NCBI GenBank assembly: GCA_019654215.1 | Contig: BPDI01000006.1 | Location: 28,649 to 92,648 of the forward strand | Direction: 5' to 3' | DNA: 64,000 bases | Source of the DNA: Gammaproteobacteria bacterium | GTDB lineage: Bacteria > Pseudomonadota > Gammaproteobacteria > Pseudomonadales > Pseudohongiellaceae | Shown: positions 30,763-40,459 of the stretch, piece by piece | How the letters are laid out: the number at the start of each line of letters is the position of its first letter | Numbering within the stretch: the first letter of the stretch is position 1 | Position numbers and translations under genes: made by a program | Notes under the pieces: generated by a model | Told to the model about the DNA's origin: nothing | Database searches by the model: none | What the model saw: the letters and a program-made list of their open reading frames with translations, nothing else

Positions 30763-31782
30763 TTTTCATTAATTTGAGAAGAATCTTGACTGGTAAGTTG
30801 CGAGACTGAATTACGATCGAATTCATCATAGGCTTCGACAATTTTCTGTACAAGTCTATGGCGTACTACGTCTTTGGCATTGAAATAAGTAAAACCAATT
30901 TCGTCGATGCCTTCTAAAACTTTACTTACATGTACCAAGCCAGAACGTGTGCCTTTGGGTAGGTCGATTTGCGTTACGTCGCCGGTAATTACAGCAGTGG
31001 AACCAAAGCCAATCCTAGTTAAGAACATTTTCATTTGCGCACTGGTGGTGTTCTGGCTTTCATCGAGAATGATAAAAGAGTTATTGAGAGTTCTGCCGCG
31101 CATATAGGCGAGGGGAGCAACTTCGATAACGTTTTTTTCAATCAGGCGTCCGACTTTCTCGAAACCCAACATTTCGTAAAGTGCGTCATATAGAGGTCTC
31201 AAATAAGGATCAATTTTTTGGGTAAGATCCCCAGGAAGGAATCCTAGCTTTTCGCCAGCTTCCACTGCTGGTCTCACAAGTAAAAGTCTATTTACTCGTT
31301 CTTTAAAAAGAGCTTCGACCGCACAAGCAACAGCAAGATAAGTTTTACCGGTGCCGGCTGGACCAATGCCGAAATTAATATCGTTCTTGCGAATGCCCCT
31401 GACATATTGCTTCTGATGTTTACTTCGCGGTTTGATTGAGGAGCGAGGAGTCTTGATCAGTAGGCTTTCATAATTTTCTGTGGCGCCGTATTCCGCGTCG
31501 ATTTCATCTGAATCCCTTAAATTCCTGTAAGGCAAGATGCACCATATTCGGGGTTAATAGCTTACCGTCTTCAGTAGCAACATAGAGTGACTCGAGAATA
31601 CGACATCCGTTAGTGATCGCAGTTTCTGATCCGGACATTTGGAAAATATTACCTCGTTGCCTAATGTTCAGGGCGAGGTCGGATTCTATTTGCTGAATGT
31701 GTTCGTTAAGTCGCCCGCAGAGGTTGGAAAGGCGCTGCGCATTGTCAGGTAATAGCGTCAGGCTAAAGGTTTGTTCTGTCAT
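30759..31782 (-). pseudogene. phoH: PhoH-family ATPase YbeZ (one frame break near 31505-31535)
   Basis: Fragments 31504-31782 (N-terminus) and 30759-31535 ([13 protein letters not shown] Walker A, ...IILDESQN...[12 protein letters not shown]). Confidence 0.85.
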
Positions 31783-31863
31783 GCAGAAAAGAGAATCCTC
31801 TCATTATTGGAATGGGCCAAGTATAGCAATGAAAAGTGGAAAATATTCAATTATTTTGGGTAT

Positions 31864-33216
31864 TTATAGCGATGCCAACAGGGAATTCGGTAGGGCATCT
31901 GTAATCTTTACATGGGAAAACTGGCCTATCAGACTATGGTCATCGCAGGGAAAATTAACAACTCGGTTATTCTCGGTACGGCCTTGCAAATCCTTGGCGT
32001 TTTTCTTTGAAATGCCCGTGACAAGGACATTTTGCTTGGTGCCAATCATACCCTCACTGATAGCAGTGGCCTGTCTCATGATTTGAGACTGTAAGATAGC
32101 CAATCGATGTTTTTTCTCGTTTTCCGTTGTTACATCTTTAAATTCAGCCGCAGGTGTTCCCGGTCTGGCGCTATATATAAAGCTGAAGGAAGTATCGAAA
32201 CCGATTTCCATGATTAAGTTTATCGTGTCTTCGAAATCTTTATTGGTTTCGCCTGGGAACCCCACTATGAAATCTGAAGATACGCTAATATCTGGTCTGT
32301 TAGCGACGACCTTGCGAATGATTGATTTGTTTTCCCAAAGCAGTATGTCCACGTTTCATCGCCGCCAGGATACGATCACTGCCACTTTGCAGCGGAAGGT
32401 GTAAATGGGAGACCAGTTCAGGTATATCACTGTAAACATTTATCAAGTTTTCATTGAACTCTACCGGATGCGAAGTAGTGAAACGAATTCGATCGAGCCA
32501 TCTATGTTGGCGATGTAATTAATCAGAAGTGCGAGATCGATAGTTTTACCATCATGGGACAGACCACGATAGGCATTCACGTTCTGCCCAAGCAGATTAA
32601 TCTCTCTGACACCTTGATTGGCAAGATGGACTGCTTCTGTTAAGACATCATCTAAGGGCCTGCTAACTTCTTCGCCTCTGGTATAGGGTACAACGCAGAA
32701 ACTGCAGTACTTGCTACAACCTTCCATGATCGTTAGAAAGGCCTGGCATGAATTAGTTGTTGGTTGTGGTAATCGATCGAACTTTTCAATTTCAGGAAAA
32801 CTTATGTCCACGACAGGTTTGTCATTCGCGTTAGCATCAAGCATCTCAGGAAGTTTGTGCAGTGTTTGTGGGCCAAACACGACGTCAACGAACGGGGCGC
32901 GTTTGCCGATCGCTTCACCTTCCTGGCTGGCAACGCATCCACCGACAGCAATTTTTAAGTTTGGTTTGGCTTCCTTTAGATTTCGCCAGCGTCCCAATTG
33001 ATGGAAAACTTTTTCCTGTGCTTTCTCGCGAATTGAGCAGGTGTTCAGCAATAGCAAGTCAGCCTCTTCGGCGCTGTCTACAAGTTCTGCCCCCTGCGAT
33101 TCTTTAAGCAAATCGAGCATGCGCGCAGAATCGTATTCATTCATCTGACAACCATGGGTCTTAATGAATACTTTTCTTGATTCGCTTTGAATCGATTTAT
33201 CTGATTGCGCTTTCAA
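31864..33216 (-). pseudogene. miaB: tRNA-i6A37 methylthiotransferase MiaB (frame breaks in 32350-32470)
   Basis: Fragment 32461-33216 has [14 protein letters not shown] and the radical-SAM motif [15 protein letters not shown]. Fragment 31864-32352 has the TRAM-domain end. Total ~451 codons. Confidence 0.85.
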
Positions 33217-33412
33217 ATCAATCGCTCTCTGGCATTGAAAAAAGGCTGTGAATTATAACAGCAGAAGGATCTGCTCATAAGATATAACCAAGAGAAAATT
33301 CAGGCAAAATGCTTACAAATACTTGAAATTCATGTAATTAGCCTGATACTAAGTTATGGATATCATCCGGGAGCTACAGGCCCCTCACCACCAACTATAA
33401 GAGATTGATTTA

Positions 33413-33747
33413 ATGGGAAATTCTTCTGAAATTTACAAAATAACCTTCCTAAACAAAGGAAAGGTTTACGAGGTATTTGTTAAGCAAGTCTATCAGAGTG
33501 ATCTCTATGGCTTCATCGAGATAGAGAACTATGTGTTTGACGAGAAAACTCAGCTAGTGGTGGATCCCAGCGAAGAAAAACTCAAATCTGAGTTCAAAGG
33601 CGTCAAGCGCAGCTTTATTCCCATGCAGGCAATTATTCGATAGATGAGGTTGACAAGTCAGGTGTAAGTAAAATTTCTAGCGGCGACAACATTGCTCCTT
33701 TCCCTGTTTCTTTAGTAGGCGGTAAGACCGATTCTCAGGATTCCTAG
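33413..33747 (+). pseudogene. DUF1820 family protein (one frame break at about 33638-33643)
   Basis: The fragment YKITFLNKGKVYEVFVKQVYQSDLYGFIEIENYVFDE...SFIPMQAIIR stops at TAG. Restoring one A (attcgA-atagat) gives ...IIRIDEVDKSGVSKISSGDNIAPFP..., ending at 33745-33747. Confidence 0.55.
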
Positions 33748-33820
33748 ATGAATCCTGGCGTAGCAATCAGCTGGGCAACAAAAGTAGTAATTCCCCCAGC
33801 TGTCATCCACTTAGTTATGG

Positions 33821-34808
33821 TTGAGCGCATCCTACTCAAAGCTCACTCCCGACATGGTTTTAGCCGCAGTAGAAACTATCGGCTTCGAACCAGATGCTCG
33901 TATTTTTGCATTAAACAGTTATGAGAACCGCGTTTACCAGGTGGGTCTGCATTCTGGTGGATCTATTGTTGTAAAATTTTATCGCCCGGATCGCTGGACT
34001 GAGGAACAAATACTGGAAGAGCATCGCTTTGCTCAAGAGTTAATGGATTTGGAAATTCCAGTTATAGCACCCTTGCAGATTAATGGTTCTTCGACTCTAA
34101 CTGTTTTTGAAGATTTTCAACTAGCGGCATTTCCCTTATTCTTGGAAGAGCGCCGGAACTGGATAATCTCGATAATCTTTTAGTCATGGGTAGATTTGTC
34201 GCACGAATTCATGCAGTTGGGGCCATGACTAACTTTTTAGAAAGAGCAGAGCTTTCTATAGATAGATTTGCGGTTCAAAGTAGGGAGTTCTTACTAAGCA
34301 ACAATTTTATTCCCGAAGATTTAACTGCTGCCTATGATTCTCTGAGTGCGGGTCTGATTAGTAGGATTGAAAAGCGTTTTAGCGAACATGGGCAATTAAC
34401 CATGCTGCGTATCCATGGTGATTGCCATCCCGGTAATGTTCTTTGGAAGGATGACACTCCAAACTTTATTGATTTCGACGATACGATCATGGGCCTGCTA
34501 TGCAGGATCTATGGATGATGTTGTCTGGGGGTCGTAATCAGCGACAGTCGCAATTGCTGGAATTGGTGGAAGGTTATAACGAGTTCCATAACTTCCGTGC
34601 ATCTGAGTTAAGTCTTGTAGAGAGCCTGAGAACTTTGCGTATTATGAATTACAGCGCTTGGCTTGCTCGCCGCTGGGAAGATTCTGTTTTTCCCAAAAGG
34701 AGTTTTCCCCTGGTTTAATACCCAGCGTTATTGGTCAGAGCATATTTTGGGAAATTGCGTGAGCAATTAGCGGCTCTTGATGAACCGCCATTGGAGCTTA
34801 TCTATTGA
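33821..34808 (+). pseudogene. srkA: stress-response Ser/Thr kinase SrkA (YihE/RdoA family), about 3 frame breaks
   Basis: Fragments 33821-34183 (LNSYENRVYQVGL...VVKFYRP.RW), 34186-34518 (RIHGDCHPGNVLW...FIDFDD catalytic/APH motifs) and 34500-34718, plus a tail ending at 34806-34808. ~329 codons in total. Confidence 0.7.
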
Positions 34809-34816
34809 CAGTTCTG

Positions 34817-35322
34817 CTAGTCGCCGGCTAATACTTTGACGAGTTCTTCTTCAATGGTTTCCATATCCCCATTGCGGAATCCCATGTGAACCATTTTTAC
34901 CGTGCCATCCGGAGTGCCCAAATATGAAGAAGGCATTCCGATTACGCCAAAAAGTTCTGAGATATTACCTTCAGGATCTTGTGGGATTAAGAAATCTAAC
35001 GGGTTCTAAAGGAAGTCCAAGCCGTCTTCGATTGGGTTTCTACATTCACTGCTATAACTTCAAGACCCTGATCCTTATACTTGTGATACATCTCGTTATA
35101 TAAAGGAGTGATATCACGCAAGGCGCACACCAGGACGCCCAAAAATCGATGTAAAGAGTCTTTCCTTTTTAGTTCTGATAATTTAATGTTGGGTTTGTCC
35201 GCGTAAATTGATGCAATATCGAAATCGGGGACGGTGTCTCCCTCTTCGAGTGCTATTGAAGTCGCACCGACAAGAAATAAGGAAAGGCAGAGCAGGGGCT
35301 GAAAACGTCGCATATAAGCCAT
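34817..35322 (-). pseudogene. TlpA/ResA-like thiol:disulfide oxidoreductase (thioredoxin fold), at least 3 frame breaks
   Basis: Signal peptide is in ORF 34996-35322. The redox motif is readable only in another frame (my translation of complement ~35175-35120: GKTLYIDFWASWCAPCVIS). The C-terminal part (complement 34990-34817) reads ...FLIPQDPEGNISELFGVIGMPSSYLGTPDGTVKMVHMGF...LVKVLAGD. Confidence 0.6.
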
Positions 35323-35614
35323 TTTGTTCGTCCTAATTGGGTTTTTTAAATTTTCTCTAATTTGTTAGTCAGATAAACAGCCTCAACTCATGGGATTGTG
35401 ACTGTAGGTGCCTATGATACTAATATTTTGATTCGACTAAAACTTGCCTTATATAGAGATTTTAGGGGGCTGAGCGCTAGGTCATGGAGGTTTAGGAATG
35501 AAATCAGTCAGATTTCTGAGCATTTTCTGCCAAGACGTCTTTGTATTTTCAAGGTGTATTGTATTTCTTTGTATTTATCCCGCAGTTGTAACTAAACCCA
35601 CCGGCCTAGAGTTT

Positions 35615-35835
35615 ATGGAGAAGAAAATGGAAGAGAAGTTGATTGAATTGGAAACTAAATACAGTTTCCAGGAAGATTTGTTACAGAATTTAAACGAGGC
35701 AATAGTGAAACAGCAAAGAGAACTAGAGCGATTGGGAGATGAGATTAAGCATCTACAAAATCAGCTACTTGACTTGGCGGAAAACTCCCTTGGAAACACC
35801 GGTGCTGAAATTGAAAAAAACCCCCTCATTATTAG
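35615..35835 (+). pseudogene. slyX: SlyX family protein (one homopolymer frame break at A7C5, 35814-35825)
   Basis: MEKKMEEKLIELETKYSFQEDLLQNLNEAIVKQQRELERL... is a coiled coil like SlyX. Adding one base to the A7 or C5 run yields the canonical C-terminus ...PPHY, with the stop at 35833-35835. Confidence 0.55.
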
Positions 35836-36085
35836 GCGTTTATTTCTCTGGTAATCTGAAAAGACTATGTCAATAATTTTGTATTCGAATTTTTTTTAAT
35901 CTGCATTAGTCCTCTCTATATCCTTAATAAACGATAACAAAACTGCTCTTTGCTTAAGCTTCATTCAGGTTGCTCTTGCTAAATTGCCACCCCAACAGAG
36001 CTCTACTCACCGGAATTAAAAAAACCCTTTGGGAGATAACCGGAGTGAGCATTTATTTAAAAAACTCAATGAATGAGGTGTCGGA

Positions 36086-36608
36086 ATGAAACAAAGACTA
36101 GTTGCCCCACAGCGGTCATTTTTTTACTTTTTGCAACAAAACATCTGCTGAGACCAGCTTTGAATACGCCGATTAATCGCTTCTGTACCTATATATCAGG
36201 TCGTAAAGGTGTCTAGGCCACAGGAACAGTGCTGGGAAGAAGAAATAGCAGTAGATCGCTATTCCCGTCGCCACAATCCAATACGCCTGTATTGGTTAGC
36301 ACCATAATCGGCGGGCGATAGGTAATGCGGTAGGGCATAAAAAGTCCAACCAGCGGGTTGGTGCCGTGCTAGGTGCCTTGTTGGGCCGCTCTATTGGACG
36401 TGATATAGTACACAACAGAGACCGGCCGGGTTATGCCGAGTACGAAACAGCCCAACGTTGCGATACTGTTTATCAGCGGCGTGAAGAAGAAAGGCTGGTC
36501 GGTTATCAAGTCACTTACCTATATAACGGGGAAGAATATTCCACTCGCACCGATTTCGATCCAGGCGATCAAATTCGAATTCGAGTTAGTGTGCAATCGG
36601 TGCCGTAA
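36086..36608 (+). pseudogene. glycine-zipper 2TM domain protein (several frame breaks in the first ~280 nt)
   Basis: ATG at 36086 (MKQRLVA...). Alternate frames give ...IIGGAIGNAVGHKKSNQRVGAVLGALLGRSIG. ORF 36366-36608 then continues with ...QRCDTVYQRREEERLVGYQVTYLYNGEEYSTRTDFDPGDQIRIRV. Confidence 0.45.
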
Positions 36609-36627
36609 ATCTTTCTAGGCATAACAT

Positions 36628-37002
36628 ATGAAGCTTTGCTGTTCTGTCTGGACTATGAGGATAGGTTTGAAACAACTTGGGCTAATAATTTCTACCGGAT
36701 TATTTCTGATAAGTATGTCTGTATCCAGTCATGCGCAGATAGTTCCAGTGCAGGTAGAACAAAACCAGTTAGACCAAGTTTCTCCAATTCGAGATCTGCG
36801 AAACAATCCTCAAGCGAGCGGCATAATTTCTGAAAGGCAAGCAGTAAATTTAGCCAGGCAGAGATTTGCAGGTAATATCTTGCGCATTAGCTTGGTGGGG
36901 GAAGGAAATAACAGGCGTTATCAAATTCGCATGGAAAATCAAGGCAAGGTGTTTACGGTGTTCGTGCATGCGACATCCGGTCGGATTGTAAACGGGAATT
37001 AG
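36628..37002 (+). CDS. PepSY domain-containing periplasmic protein
   Basis: Signal/TM segment (LGLIISTGLFLISMSVSSHA), then ISERQAVNLARQRFAGNILRISLV...YQIRMENQGKVFTVFVHATSGRI, typical of a PepSY fold. Confidence 0.6.
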   Translation: MKLCCSVWTMRIGLKQLGLIISTGLFLISMSVSSHAQIVPVQVEQNQLDQVSPIRDLRNNPQASGIISERQAVNLARQRFAGNILRISLVGEGNNRRYQIRMENQGKVFTVFVHATSGRIVNGN

Positions 37003-37039
37003 TTAACAACACAGTAAGGCATTTGGAGGTAAGTTGATT

Positions 37040-37708
37040 ATGCGTTTACTGGTCGTTGAAGATGAAAATCTATTGCGTCAACAAATAGAGCAACGCCTCT
37101 CTAAGGAAGGCTATCTTGTTAATGCAGCTGAAGACGGTAAGTTAGGTCTCTATTACGCTACCGAATACAGTTATGATGCTGCGATCATAGACCTTGGTCT
37201 GCCGGAAATTGACGGAATATCCCTCATTCAAGAAATTCGGTCTGCGGGTAAACAATTTCCTGTGTTAATTTTGACTGCCCGCGGTGATTGGCAAGACAAA
37301 GTAACCGGGCTTGATGCTGGTGCCGATGACTACGTCGTCAAGCCATTTCAGATGGAAGAGATCATCGCTCGTTTAAATGCTTTATTGCGACGAGCAGCAG
37401 GTTTCTCTAAGCCGAAATTGGAGTTTGGGCCTCTTTGCCTGGATATAACCACGAAACGATTAACTCTTAACGAAGAAAAAGTCGATCTAACGGCTTATGA
37501 ATATAAGATGTTGGAATACTTCATGATGCATCCTGGTCAGGTAATTTCGAAGTCAGAGTTTACGGAGCATCTTTATGCGCAGGATTACGATCGAGACAGC
37601 AATGTGCTCGAAGTATTTGTGCGTAGGTTGCGACAAAAATTGGACCCGGATCAAACTTTGAAGCCAATTGAAACTGTCCGAGGACAAGGTTATCGTTTTA
37701 GTCTTTAG
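37040..37708 (+). CDS. phoP: OmpR-family response regulator, PhoP-like
   Basis: MRLLVVEDENLLR...IIDLGLPEIDG...LTARGDWQDKV..GADDYVVKPF...TVRGQGYRF. By my recollection it aligns along its full length with enterobacterial PhoP. Confidence 0.75.
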   Translation: MRLLVVEDENLLRQQIEQRLSKEGYLVNAAEDGKLGLYYATEYSYDAAIIDLGLPEIDGISLIQEIRSAGKQFPVLILTARGDWQDKVTGLDAGADDYVVKPFQMEEIIARLNALLRRAAGFSKPKLEFGPLCLDITTKRLTLNEEKVDLTAYEYKMLEYFMMHPGQVISKSEFTEHLYAQDYDRDSNVLEVFVRRLRQKLDPDQTLKPIETVRGQGYRFSL

Positions 37709-37752
37709 CAATTCCACATTAGCAACATCGCTATGTTGTTACTAAGTTAGTA

Positions 37753-39144
37753 ATGACGACCAAACCTACCGCCACCGATTACTCCTTGCAAACACGATTG
37801 CTTATCGTGTTCAGCATTCTGTTGGGGGTCTTTCTTTCTCTAACTGGGGTTGTTCTCGATCGTGCATTTAGCAATAGCATTGAGGCAGGAGCTCAGGACA
37901 GGCTGCAGGGACATATCTATCTCTTATTGGCAGGCGCGGATGAAGAGAACGGTGAGTTCTTTTTTCTGGAAGATCTGCAGGAGCCTCGATTTGCTCAACT
38001 TGATTCTGGTCTTTACGGATTTATAAGCAATGCGGCCATCGGAGAACTTTGGCGCAGTGATTCTGCACGAACATTTGATTTGCCAGAACCGAAAATTCTG
38101 CAGCAACGCATAAATGTGGGTGAAAACAGGTTTGATCGAGTAGTAATGGAAGATGCGGAAACCTATTTCATTTTGCATTATGGAATTCAATGGGAAAATA
38201 ACAACGAATACAACTTTTCTGTTGTAGAAAATGCAGCACCTTATTATTCAGAAATTACTAATTTCAGAACTAACCTTAGATTTTGGTTAGGAGGAGTGGC
38301 GATTTTATTGCTCTTCATCCAATTCTATGGAATGAAATGGGGGCTGTCGCCGCTTCGACGCATGGAAAATGATCTAAAGCAAATAGAATCTGGCAACAAA
38401 GACAAATTGGAAGGCGACTACCCTGAAGAATTGCGCGGAGTAACTGATAATTTTAATCTATTAATTGAATCAGAGCGGAAACAGCAAAGCAGATACCGAA
38501 CTACATTAGGAGATCTGGCCCACAGTTTAAAAACGCCTCTGGCTGTTATTGCTGGAGTTTTGCCTAAGCTAAAAGAAAAACACATAAATGAATCGGAAGA
38601 ACAACTTGCTTCTGTGAGTGATCAATTGGATCGAATGAATCAAATCGTAAGTTATCAATTACAGCGAGCGGTTCGTTCCAATAACGGCAACTCATTGTTA
38701 AAACTCGTTAATGCTGCTTCTGCAATTGAGAAAGTGATAGAAGCTTTGGTAAAAGTCTATGCTGAAAAAGCAATTGAACTGGAAACACAAATAGATAAAT
38801 CAGCAGTCTTTAATGGAGATGAGCGGGACTTGATGGAAGTGTTAGGTAATGTACTCGATAATGCATTCAAGTATGGTGAAAATAAAATAAGAGTTAGCTT
38901 AATTCAAGCAGGTGTGGAAAATAAGGACTTAAATATCATTGTTGAAGATGACGGTTCTGGTGTGCCTGAAGATAAGCGGGAATTCATTTTGCAGAGAGGT
39001 GCCAGGTCTGATACTTTGGCTCAGGGGCAAGGGATTGGTCTTGCAGTTGTCACCGATATCGTTAGCAGTTACGGCGGTGAAATAGCTGTTGATATTAGTG
39101 ATTTAAGTGGGGCAAAGATTAAAATAGTTTTTCCCAAGGAATAA
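37753..39144 (+). CDS. phoQ: sensor histidine kinase, PhoQ-like (two TM helices flanking a ~150-aa periplasmic domain)
   Basis: TM1 is LLIVFSILLGVFLSLTGVVL and TM2 is FWLGGVAILLLFIQFYG. The H-box is LGDLAHSLKTPL, the N-box is VLDNAFKYG, and the G-boxes are DDGSGVP and GQGIGLAVV. Confidence 0.7.
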   Translation: MTTKPTATDYSLQTRLLIVFSILLGVFLSLTGVVLDRAFSNSIEAGAQDRLQGHIYLLLAGADEENGEFFFLEDLQEPRFAQLDSGLYGFISNAAIGELWRSDSARTFDLPEPKILQQRINVGENRFDRVVMEDAETYFILHYGIQWENNNEYNFSVVENAAPYYSEITNFRTNLRFWLGGVAILLLFIQFYGMKWGLSPLRRMENDLKQIESGNKDKLEGDYPEELRGVTDNFNLLIESERKQQSRYRTTLGDLAHSLKTPLAVIAGVLPKLKEKHINESEEQLASVSDQLDRMNQIVSYQLQRAVRSNNGNSLLKLVNAASAIEKVIEALVKVYAEKAIELETQIDKSAVFNGDERDLMEVLGNVLDNAFKYGENKIRVSLIQAGVENKDLNIIVEDDGSGVPEDKREFILQRGARSDTLAQGQGIGLAVVTDIVSSYGGEIAVDISDLSGAKIKIVFPKE

Positions 39145-39152
39145 CTGAGATG

Positions 39153-39911
39153 TTAAAGAAATAAACCACCTACTACTGCGAATAGGGTCATCACGAATAG
39201 AAACCACTTAATACTCTGTTGCGAAGTTCTAATTGCGATCTTTACTGCGAGATGGGCGCCGGCCATTGAGCCTGCCGCGAGAATGATTCCTGGGACCCAC
39301 CATACTTGATCGGATGCAATAAATATTGCTACCACAACCATTGTGAAAGCTAAGGTGCATGCCATTTTTAATGCATTGGCACGGATCAAATCATAGCGTA
39401 ATCCACCAGCCAGTGCTGCGAGCAAAATGAAACCGACGCCAGCCTGGATGAATCCACCGTATACTCCGGCAGCAAACAAACCCCACCAGGCGCTAAGATG
39501 TTCATTGGGAGACCTAGTAGGTGTTCCTTCTGGAGGAGCTATGACATCAGGACGAATTAGAATAATCACTGACATCGTCAATATGGTCCCTAGAAGAATT
39601 GGTTTAAGAAAGAGGTTAGGGATTACCGATGCTGTGAGAGCGCCAACTATGCCTCCGATGATTGTTGGTATAAGAATTGGAATTATGGCTGGGCGATCGA
39701 GGGTATCGTATTTGTCATAGCCAGCCACGCCCACTAGAGACTGCATCAGAATGGCTACTCGATTAGTACCATTAGCGATATCCGCCGGTAATCCGAGCAT
39801 CATTAATGCGGGTAAAGTTAGGTTTGAACCACCCCCGGCAATAGTATTTATGCCACCGGCGACAAATCCAGCAAAAGCTAAAATCAGCGCTGAGATAAGG
39901 TCGAGCTGCAC
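39153..39911 (-). CDS. TauE/SafE (DUF81) family anion exporter
   Basis: 252 aa, ~7-8 TM helices, Gly-rich repeated halves (GGINTIAGGG..., GVYGGFIQAGVGF). Confidence 0.7.
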   Translation of the reverse strand: MQLDLISALILAFAGFVAGGINTIAGGGSNLTLPALMMLGLPADIANGTNRVAILMQSLVGVAGYDKYDTLDRPAIIPILIPTIIGGIVGALTASVIPNLFLKPILLGTILTMSVIILIRPDVIAPPEGTPTRSPNEHLSAWWGLFAAGVYGGFIQAGVGFILLAALAGGLRYDLIRANALKMACTLAFTMVVVAIFIASDQVWWVPGIILAAGSMAGAHLAVKIAIRTSQQSIKWFLFVMTLFAVVGGLFL

Positions 39912-40459
39912 GTTAAATCCTATTTATTTAGTGGGTTAAAGTTATATATCAATGTAAGCATATCAAAAGCAGGTTTAGGCGTTTTTAGTTTAAAATTTGG
40001 TTAGAAATGTCCTAAATGAATAAATGGGACGCTGATTTCTTGCAGCCCCAGATTTTTGAGTGAAATCAGTCACAAACTATGCAAAAACCCCAAAATAATT
40101 ATGTATTCTTCAAGTCACTTCACTATCTCTAAATCCCTCTCGCATATATGGTAGGTCCAGATGGGATTTTAAGTAGCTGTTGATTTCTTGGCGCAGGGAC
40201 AGACAAAATATAAAGAGTGTTAGAATTTACGGAGCTTTCGACGTGATAATCCCAGCCAATTAGCAGGAGATTTGCGCAGGATGTTGAACACGAATACGCT
40301 GTCTGTATATAGTAATTAAAACCTCTGAGAAGAGATTTGAAACGAACCGGTCTAGCTCTAAAAAATCAATAAAAACAGGGCTTTAACTTTGATTGATTCG
40401 CTTAGCGTGGCTATATGTTGTCGCAAATTAAGCTTAAGGATAGCAATATAGAGGACTTT

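Noticed and set aside
35498-35614. N-terminal 39-codon extension of the slyX ORF in the track
   Set aside because: The extension is a hydrophobic, Cys/Phe-rich translation of the promoter region. SlyX homologues start at the MEKKMEEK.. position, so the start was moved to 35615.
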